NCBI GenBank assembly: GCA_041492755.1
Contig: JBGPXN010000115.1
Location: 1 to 13,782 of the forward strand
Length of the DNA: 13,782 nt
Source: Candidatus Methylomirabilia bacterium
Lineage (GTDB): Bacteria > Methylomirabilota > Methylomirabilia > Rokubacteriales > CSP1-6
Direction: 5' to 3'
A model generated the notes under the pieces. It saw only the letters and a list, made by a program, of their open reading frames with translations, did no database searches and was not told where the DNA came from. Made by a program: the position numbers and the translations under genes. This document shows positions 7,332 through 13,782 of this stretch, piece after piece (position 1 is the stretch's first letter; every line of letters starts with the position of its first letter).

Positions 7332-8363
7332 CTACGCGATCAGGAGCGTGGCCAGACTCAGGAAGATCCCCATGCTGGCCACGTCGGTCGCGGTGGTCAG
7401 GAAGATGCTCGACGCCGTCGCCGGGTCCGCGCCCAGCTTTCGCAGCGTGAGCGGGATGAGTGCTCCCGCGATCCCGCTGATGATGCAGCTGGCGATCATC
7501 GTCACGAACACGATGGCGGCCAGGGTCATGGCGGAGGGGTGCTTTTGCATCGTCGCCACGAGGTACATGCCGAGACCAGCGGTGACGCCGACCAGCGCGC
7601 CGTTGAGCAGGCCGAGGAGCGCTTCCTTGAGCACGAGCGTGCGCTCTTTTCCGGGCGCGAGCTCGCCGAGCGTGAGGCCGCGGAGGGCCACGGCGAGGGC
7701 CTGGCATCCGGTGTTCCCGGACTGGCCGGCGAGGACCGGCAGGAACATCGCCAGGATGACGATGCGATCGACCGTGTCCTGGAAGACGCCGACCACCGCG
7801 GCGGCGATGAACGCGGTCAGGAGGTTGAGCTGCAGCCACGGGTGGCGGAACTTGAGGCTGCGCGGCCACGGGGTGGCCAGTCGCTCCTCCTTGTCGACGC
7901 CGACCATGCGACCGGGCTGCGCGCTGATCTCGTACGCTTGTTCCTGGAACATTGCCTGCCCGCGGATCTCGCCGATGAGCCGCCGCTCCGCGTCGCAGAC
8001 AGGATAAACGGGAAAGTGCCGATTGAGGACGCGCTTCATGGCCTCGCGCAGCTCGAGGTCGGGGGTCAGATAGAACACGTCGGTGAGCATCACGTCCCGC
8101 AGCTTCGTCGCGCGATCGGACACCAGCAGCTCCCGCATCGTGACGACGCCTTCGAGCCGGCCGCCCGCGTCGGTCACGAAGCCGTACGTCACGAAGGCGT
8201 GTTTGACCAGCTCGCGCACTCTCTGGGCCGCTTCGGCGACCGTGATGTCCGCCGTGAAGACCGCGGTCGGCGGCTCGATCATCCGGCCGATGGTGCCCTC
8301 GGGATAGGCGTCCCTGTTCACTGTCTGTCGTGTGTCGGCCGGAGCGGCCGCTCCTCCGGTCAT
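7332..8363 (-). CDS. mgtE: MgtE-family divalent cation (Mg2+) transporter: CBS pair plus MgtE membrane domain
   Basis: Two CBS domains, RHPWLQLNL, GQSGNTGCQA, DPATASSIFLTTATD. ATG 8363 has a GGAGG RBS (alternative start 8408). Lacks the long MgtE N domain. Confidence 0.88.
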   Translation of the reverse strand: MTGGAAAPADTRQTVNRDAYPEGTIGRMIEPPTAVFTADITVAEAAQRVRELVKHAFVTYGFVTDAGGRLEGVVTMRELLVSDRATKLRDVMLTDVFYLTPDLELREAMKRVLNRHFPVYPVCDAERRLIGEIRGQAMFQEQAYEISAQPGRMVGVDKEERLATPWPRSLKFRHPWLQLNLLTAFIAAAVVGVFQDTVDRIVILAMFLPVLAGQSGNTGCQALAVALRGLTLGELAPGKERTLVLKEALLGLLNGALVGVTAGLGMYLVATMQKHPSAMTLAAIVFVTMIASCIISGIAGALIPLTLRKLGADPATASSIFLTTATDVASMGIFLSLATLLIA

Positions 8364-8477
8364 GCTTCGTCCTCCATGCTTCGTGGTCGAGATCGCATCT
8401 CGGTTCATGCGGGCGGGGCGCCGCCCCTCCGGACGGAGGAGGACGCGTGAGCGACGATTCAGTCGGGCAGCGACGCG

Positions 8478-8508
8478 GCCGCCGTCAGGTTGACGACCTG
8501 ACGGCGGC
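8478..8508. terminator. 13-bp perfect hairpin downstream of the VOC gene
   Basis: GCCGCCGTCAGGT-tgacg-ACCTGACGGCGGC, 14 nt after the VOC stop; no U-tract, so termination is uncertain. Confidence 0.5.
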
Positions 8509-8522
8509 GCGCGAACTGAGAG

Positions 8523-8948
8523 CTAGTAGCCCGAGGTGCCAACCCAGCCGGTCTCGGAGACGTCGACCATCACGCCGTCCGGGCCGTTGTACTTCACCTC
8601 GACGTTGCCGCCGTGGCGGCGGCCTTCGCCGACACCGAGGGCCTGGTTGACGTCGTGGCGGGGCTCGGAGCCCGCGGCTGCCAGTTTTTCGGCGATCTCC
8701 TCGAGGCTGTCGACCTGGAAGCCGATGTGATGGATGCCGCTCCAGCCCTTGCCGCGCTCCACGCCGGCCACCGCGTCGCTCTTGAAGTTGAGGATCGCCA
8801 GGTTGAGGTCGCCGTCGCTGAGGTAATAGCCCTTGGCGCCCGGGCCGTCGAGCTTGGCGATCTCCTTCATCCCGAACACGTCAATGTAGAACTTGGCGGT
8901 CGCGTCCACGTCCTGGGTCGAGAGAGCAATGTGCTTGATCTTGGCCAT
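8523..8948 (-). CDS. VOC family (glyoxalase/bleomycin resistance) protein
   Basis: MAKIKHIAL...KFYIDVFGM, GIHHIGFQV, GPDGVMVDV; GGAGAGG RBS before ATG 8948; 141 aa. Confidence 0.9.
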   Translation of the reverse strand: MAKIKHIALSTQDVDATAKFYIDVFGMKEIAKLDGPGAKGYYLSDGDLNLAILNFKSDAVAGVERGKGWSGIHHIGFQVDSLEEIAEKLAAAGSEPRHDVNQALGVGEGRRHGGNVEVKYNGPDGVMVDVSETGWVGTSGY

Positions 8949-9049
8949 GGCGTCCTCTCCTGTGCGGTCGTGCTGGCTCCGTCCGTGCCTGGTTGACGTT
9001 ACGCCAAAGAGGTCCCGAACGCCAGAATCTTGTAGAGTCGCGTCGACCC

Positions 9050-9919
9050 ATGCCACGCATCGTCCCATTCCTCGCGCTCGGCGGCGCATTGCTGTCGGCG
9101 GGCGCCACGATCTTCATTCGGCAGGGCCTCCGCGGCAGCGATCCCTACACCGGGTTCTGGATCAACGTCGCCGTCGGCACGGCGGGCCTGTGGGTCGCGG
9201 TGTTGCTCACGGGCGGGATCGGCAAGGTGACCGCCGCCGGAATCGCGTTCTTCGTCCTCGCCGGCCTGATCGGGACCGTCGCCGGCCGGCTCTTGAGATT
9301 CGTCAGCATCGAGAAAGTCGGCGCGTCGATCTCCGCCGCGCTCATCAACCTGCATCCGCTCTTCTCCACTCTCCTCGCCATCCTCGTGCTCGGCGAGCGC
9401 GTCACCGCACCGATCCTGGTCGGCACGACGGTGATCGTGGTCGGCACGATCTTGCTTTCCGGCGGCGGCAGACGCATCGGGTTCCGGCCGTGGCAGCTCG
9501 CTCTGCCCATCCTGTCCGCCATGTGCTTCGGCATCGTCGCGGTGCTGCGAAAGCTCGGTCTCGGCGAGATGGGCGCGGTGACGGGCTCGGCGGTGAACGT
9601 GACGACCGCGCTCGTGGCCTTCACCGCCATGCTGCTGGCCTCGGGTCAGCGCGGGAGGCTCGGGTGCCGAGGCGTGAGCCTCGCGTGTTTCGTGGCCGCC
9701 GGTATCACCGAGAACGCCGCCGTGTTCCTGAACGTGGTGGCGCTGAGCATGGGCACGGTGAGCGTCGTGTCGCCGCTCTACGGGACGGCGCCGATCTTCG
9801 TCCTGTTCCTGTCGTTCGTCTTCCTGCGCGGCCTGGAGGCGCTCACCGGTCGGATCATCGCCGGCACGCTGCTGATCGTCGCCGGCGTGTGCCTGATCAC
9901 TGCGCTCTCGGGGCGGTGA
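9050..9919 (+). CDS. DMT/EamA family transporter
   Basis: Two EamA repeats (PLFSTLLAILVLGERVT; PIFVLFLSFVFL); likely ATG 9050; 289 aa. Confidence 0.88.
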   Translation: MPRIVPFLALGGALLSAGATIFIRQGLRGSDPYTGFWINVAVGTAGLWVAVLLTGGIGKVTAAGIAFFVLAGLIGTVAGRLLRFVSIEKVGASISAALINLHPLFSTLLAILVLGERVTAPILVGTTVIVVGTILLSGGGRRIGFRPWQLALPILSAMCFGIVAVLRKLGLGEMGAVTGSAVNVTTALVAFTAMLLASGQRGRLGCRGVSLACFVAAGITENAAVFLNVVALSMGTVSVVSPLYGTAPIFVLFLSFVFLRGLEALTGRIIAGTLLIVAGVCLITALSGR

Positions 9920-9940
9920 CGAAGCGATCACGACGCCGCC

Positions 9941-10053
9941 GGTGATCCTCAGGCGCGGCGACGCGTCGGCCGCGGGCAGCGCGGCGCACAGCCGGCGCCG
10001 CCCCCGCCGAGCACGAGCACGTCGGTCTCGACGCGCTCGACGGGAACCGTCAC
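9941..10053 (-). pseudogene. N-terminal fragment of an FAD-binding flavoprotein (SdhA/FrdA/NadB/AprA-like)
   Basis: GTG overlaps the upstream TGA (GTGA). MTVPVERVETDVLVLGGGGAG, then a 1-nt frameshift near 9990, then CAALPAADASPRLRIT; truncated at the convergent DMT gene. Confidence 0.7.
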
Positions 10054-10679
10054 GGGGCCAGGAGCGCGCGCAGCATCGCCCGGCCCCGGTCGGACGTCCA
10101 GGTCTTGTTCCCGAGCGCTTTCCCCACCATCCGGCCGTCGCGGGTCACGATGAACGACGTCGGCGTTGCCGTGACCCCGTACTGGGTCACCACCGCCCCG
10201 TCGGGATCGAGCAGCACGGTGGTCGTCGTCTTCTTCTCGCGCACCCACTTCGCCACGTCGTCACGGCTTTCCTGGATGTTGATGGCGAGAACGGACAGGC
10301 CCTGGTCCTTGTGCTCCCGGTACATCTGCTCGATGGTCGAGGGCAACTCCCTCGTGCAGTACGGTCACCAGGTGGCCCAGAAGTACAGGAGCGTCACCTT
10401 GCCCTTCTGGTCGGCGAGGGCGACGCGGCGACCGTCGAGGTCCTGCAGCGCGAACGGCTTCGCGGCCGGCCCGTCGAGCGGAATGATCTGCAGGTCGAAC
10501 ATCATGTCCTGCACGGGTCCGCTGGCGCCGGCGCCGGCACGCTGCGCCGCGGCCGGCGAGGCGATCATGAGCGACAGCGCGACGAGCAGACCGACGGCAG
10601 CGCGATAGGTCGTGCGAATGGATGGCTTCGTGGCACCCTCCTGGGTCGGCCCTGGGATCGTCACGGCTCGATCGTTCAC
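10050..10679 (-). CDS. secreted TlpA/ResA-like thiol-disulfide oxidoreductase, probable selenoprotein (UxxC)
   Basis: ORFs 10365..10679 and 10050..10346 are in one frame separated only by TGA (10367-10365). Read-through gives LLYFWATW-U-PYCTRELP, the FWAxWCxxC motif. Signal peptide-like N-terminus, cis-Pro loop TATPTSF; start codon uncertain. Confidence 0.85.
10334..10370 (-). promoter_or_regulatory. bacterial SECIS-like stem-loop
   Basis: mRNA UGG-UGA-CCGUACUGCA-CGAGGG-AGUUG-CCCUCG-ACCA: a 6-bp perfect stem starting 11 nt after the UGA, with a G-containing 5-nt loop. Confidence 0.7.
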
Positions 10680-10710
10680 GGCGTGCTGCGCTTCCGGCCC
10701 GGCGACGGCA

Positions 10711-12396
10711 TCATGCGACCTTGACCCGCGGCCGTGGATCGAGCCGCACGCGCCCGATACTGCGCAGGTGATCCGCGACCACGTCCCATGCCGGCGGACC
10801 CGTCGCCTCGCCGATGCTCGCCCACCCGGTCGCCTTGTACCGCCGCGCCGGCTCCAGCGACCGGCCGCCGACGCGGACGTCGCGGATGCGCCGGCCGATC
10901 GGCTGGGCGGGCTCGATGGTGTACGTCAGCCCGCCGAGCCGCACCATGTCCCCACCCTGCCGGTAGTACGGATCGGGGTGGAACAGATTGTCGGCGACGT
11001 CTTCCATGACGTGCACGATCTCGGCGCCCGTCATCTCCCGCACCCAGGTGTTCGCATACGTCAGCGCGGTGTGGGCGTACACGTCCTCGAGCGTGATCTC
11101 CTGGCCGGGGACGATGGAGACGCCCCAGCGAAAGCCCGGCGAGAACGCCACCTCGGCGTCGGCGCGCTTGAGCAGCGCGTCCAGGATGAGCTCGTCGAAC
11201 GTCCCGTTGAAGGTCCCGCGGCGATAGAGCAGCGATTCCGAGACGGCCAGCCGTTCCCCCAGCCGCGCCTCATGGGGCGTCCGCAGCTCACGAACGAGTC
11301 GCGCCATCTCGGCGTCCTCCGGCAGCGCGCTCGACAGCACCGGGAGCAGCCGATAGCGATGCGCGGCCACCCGCCGCTGGCGCACCTCGAGGTCCAGCCG
11401 GCTCAGGAACTTGCCGTGCGAGCCGGAGTTCACGATGAGGGTGCGGCCCACCACGAGCGGCGCGGGCAGCCCGTCGTGAGTATGGCCGCCCAGGATCACG
11501 TCGAGGCCGCTCACGCGACCGGCAAGCTTGACGTCGACGGCGACGCCGTTGTGGGAGAGCAGGACGACGAGGTCGACGCGGGCGTCGTCGCGCAGCTCGT
11601 TCACCAGCCGCTGGATCTGGTCTTCCTTGATCCCGAACGTGAGATCCGCCACGAATCGGCGAGGGTGGGCGATCGGCGTGTAGGGAAACGCCTGCCCGAT
11701 GATCCCGATCTTCACGCCGCCGACGTCACGCACGGCCGTCGAGCGGAACACGGGATCGCCCCAGCCCGCCTCGGCGACGTTGTGGGCGAGAAAGTCGCCG
11801 CGGAAGAGCCCGCGCCCCGCGCGGTCGCCGAACAGCTCGCGGACGCGCTCGATGCCGTAGGTGAACTCCCAGTGGCCGGTGAAGACCTCGACCCCGAGCT
11901 GGTTCGTCGCGCGCAGCATGTCCTCGCCGCGGCTCCAGAGCGCGGTGGCCGAGCCCTGGAGCGCGTCGCCGCCGTCGAGCAGCAGTGTGCGCCCGGGCCG
12001 GTCGGCGCGCATGCGCTTCACCAGGGTGGCCAGGTGCGCGTAGCCGCCCATCCGGCCGTAGCGCGCCGCGAGCGCGGCGAAGTCGACGGACGTCTCTGCG
12101 TAGGCCTCCACCGAGGCCGGCACGATGCCGTAGGCGCGGAGAAACGCTTCACCGGCGAGGTACGGCGGCTTGCCGCGCTCGGCGCCGACACCGAGCAGCG
12201 TATCGGGCTCGCGGAAGTACACCGGCCGCAGGGTGGCGTGGGTGTCGGTGAGATGGAGCAGGGTGACGTTGCCGAGCGACTGGAACTCGAGCAACCGGTC
12301 AGGGGCGGCGGCGGCGCTGGCGAGCGCGTGCGGCGACAGGCCCATCCCCGCGCCGACCGCCGCCAGCTTCAGCAAATCCCGCCGCGTCACCTCCAT
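10711..12396 (-). CDS. soxB: thiosulfohydrolase SoxB
   Basis: Tat signal TRRDLLK; 5'-nucleotidase-type metal motifs HLTDTH, LLDGGDALQGS, GHWEFT, LSHNG, GGHTH; SPGFRWG and FHPDPYYRQGGDM; 561 aa. Confidence 0.95.
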   Translation of the reverse strand: MEVTRRDLLKLAAVGAGMGLSPHALASAAAAPDRLLEFQSLGNVTLLHLTDTHATLRPVYFREPDTLLGVGAERGKPPYLAGEAFLRAYGIVPASVEAYAETSVDFAALAARYGRMGGYAHLATLVKRMRADRPGRTLLLDGGDALQGSATALWSRGEDMLRATNQLGVEVFTGHWEFTYGIERVRELFGDRAGRGLFRGDFLAHNVAEAGWGDPVFRSTAVRDVGGVKIGIIGQAFPYTPIAHPRRFVADLTFGIKEDQIQRLVNELRDDARVDLVVLLSHNGVAVDVKLAGRVSGLDVILGGHTHDGLPAPLVVGRTLIVNSGSHGKFLSRLDLEVRQRRVAAHRYRLLPVLSSALPEDAEMARLVRELRTPHEARLGERLAVSESLLYRRGTFNGTFDELILDALLKRADAEVAFSPGFRWGVSIVPGQEITLEDVYAHTALTYANTWVREMTGAEIVHVMEDVADNLFHPDPYYRQGGDMVRLGGLTYTIEPAQPIGRRIRDVRVGGRSLEPARRYKATGWASIGEATGPPAWDVVADHLRSIGRVRLDPRPRVKVA

Positions 12397-12441
12397 CGAT
12401 GACCGCGGGGAGCGAGCACGGATTCCGCCGGTGGCCGCATC

Positions 12442-13773
12442 TCAGTGCCGGATGCCGGGGACGCTCAGGGGCTTGCCATTGTCGAAGCTCGCGAGATAGA
12501 GCTCGAGCTCGGCGTACTCGATCGAGTCGGACGGCAGCATGTTCATCCCGAGCGGGGTCATGCACCACTGGAACCGCTTGCGCAGGTCCCACACCTCCGC
12601 CTGGCTGGTGCGCCAGGTCGGGAAGTGCCGGCTCAGCCCCGCCGTCGCGTCGCCGAGAAACCGGCCGCCCAGGAACCGGTTGGCGCCCTTCTCGGGGCTG
12701 TGGCAATCGGCGCACGAGTGGTTACGCTCCCCCACGCGGCGATGGAACGACGCCTGGCCGCGCGCCAGCGCCGCCCGCGCCTCGGCGCTGCGCACGTCGA
12801 CGTTCATGGGCAACCCGTTGGACGCCATCTTGATGAGCAGCGTCATCTTGAGGTTGTCGTCGCTCTCCCCGGGGAGGGCGCGGCCGGTGGTGTCCGGCCC
12901 GTGCGCGCTCAGATAGTCCTCGATGCTCATCACCCGCCCGTACTGCGTCACCCACTTCGGATACCGCGTCGCCACCCGGCGCATCGACTTCTGCGGCCCA
13001 CCTTCGTGACACTCCACGCACGACTTGCCCATCGGCCCCTTGGCGGCCCAGATGGCCTCCGCGTCCTCGGCCAGGAGCACCGCCGGGTTGTTGGTGGGAT
13101 CCAGGTTGTCGCCGAAGCCGACCGGCTTCTTGCGGGTGAACGGATCACGCTCGGGATCCTTCTCCGGCGCGCGCGGTCCCTTGAGGGTCTGGAGATAGGC
13201 GACGATATCGACGATCTCCGGCGGCGTGAAGAGGGCCGTCGGGCCCCAGGGCGGCATCACGCTCTTGGGGAAGATGACGCGCGCGTCGGAGATCATCATG
13301 TAGAGGTACTCGTCCTTGAGCTGGCGATCGCCGACGGTCGAGAGATCGGTGCCGACGCTGCCGGCCGGCCACACGTCCTCACCCGGCACGAGGTGGCAAC
13401 CCGTGCACGGCCCCTTGCTCCGCGAGAGGAACAGCGCGCGCCCCCGCTTGGGATCGCCCTTCGCGTCCTTCGGCATCTCCGCCTTCAGCACCGCGGGCTC
13501 GGGGCGCTGCTCGTCGTAGGCGTAGGTGCGGAACTTGCCGAAGTCCTTCGGCGTCCAGCCCTTGTACCGCACGGCTTGCCGCCGGCCGTCGGGCCGCGTG
13601 GTGACGTGACCGCGCGCCTCCGGAATGGCCCGGGTCGTCCATGGGACAACGCCCGCGTAGTCCGGCGGCGTGTCGGGAACCGTCGTCGCCGTGCCCATCC
13701 CATTGGTCGCGGCCGCGCAGCCCGCGACGACGAGGGCCAGGCCGAGCCAGCGCACCGCGCATGGGCGCATCAT
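12442..13773 (-). CDS. soxXA: fused SoxX-SoxA c-type cytochrome (L-cysteine S-thiosulfotransferase), lipoprotein
   Basis: Lipobox LVVAG-C. SoxX-like domain GDPKRGRALF..CTGCH..SVMPPWG, then SoxA-like domain with CVECH, CADCH, FPTWR and active-site RFQWC; directly upstream of soxB. Confidence 0.9.
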   Translation of the reverse strand: MMRPCAVRWLGLALVVAGCAAATNGMGTATTVPDTPPDYAGVVPWTTRAIPEARGHVTTRPDGRRQAVRYKGWTPKDFGKFRTYAYDEQRPEPAVLKAEMPKDAKGDPKRGRALFLSRSKGPCTGCHLVPGEDVWPAGSVGTDLSTVGDRQLKDEYLYMMISDARVIFPKSVMPPWGPTALFTPPEIVDIVAYLQTLKGPRAPEKDPERDPFTRKKPVGFGDNLDPTNNPAVLLAEDAEAIWAAKGPMGKSCVECHEGGPQKSMRRVATRYPKWVTQYGRVMSIEDYLSAHGPDTTGRALPGESDDNLKMTLLIKMASNGLPMNVDVRSAEARAALARGQASFHRRVGERNHSCADCHSPEKGANRFLGGRFLGDATAGLSRHFPTWRTSQAEVWDLRKRFQWCMTPLGMNMLPSDSIEYAELELYLASFDNGKPLSVPGIRH

Positions 13774-13782
13774 CGTCGATCC

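Noticed and set aside
7312..7869. N-terminal extension of the 522-aa LLM ORF
   Set aside because: Overlaps mgtE in another frame; family resemblance begins at ATG 7311
10365..10367. Simple nonsense mutation (pseudogene) reading of the TGA
   Set aside because: Disfavoured but not excluded: the stop falls exactly on the catalytic Cys position, a SECIS-like hairpin follows, and both halves are otherwise intact
10612..12402. 596-aa plus-strand ORF
   Set aside because: Antisense shadow of soxB, typical of high-GC DNA

Overview
GC-rich bacterial window; the gene set and repeat style suggest an uncultured soil lineage such as Rokubacteria/Methylomirabilota (inference only). The right end is part of a minus-strand Sox thiosulfate-oxidation cluster: a fused triheme SoxXA lipoprotein, then SoxB. 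Directly downstream is a secreted TlpA/thioredoxin-fold protein that the ORF track splits in two. It reads as one gene with an in-frame UGA in a W-U-P-Y-C redox motif and an adjacent SECIS-like hairpin, i.e. a probable selenoprotein. The rest is a mosaic of apparently intact accessory genes: haloalkane dehalogenase, a 456-aa ORFan, a DAO-family FAD oxidoreductase, two DMT/EamA transporters, HicB, an LLM oxidoreductase, an MgtE-like transporter and a VOC protein. Between them lie unusually many short gene stumps (GNAT, HMG-CoA-synthase-like, sigma54-activator C-terminus, SdhA/NadB-like flavoprotein, a toxin start), a ~120-bp palindromic MITE/REP-like element and several structured intergenic segments.
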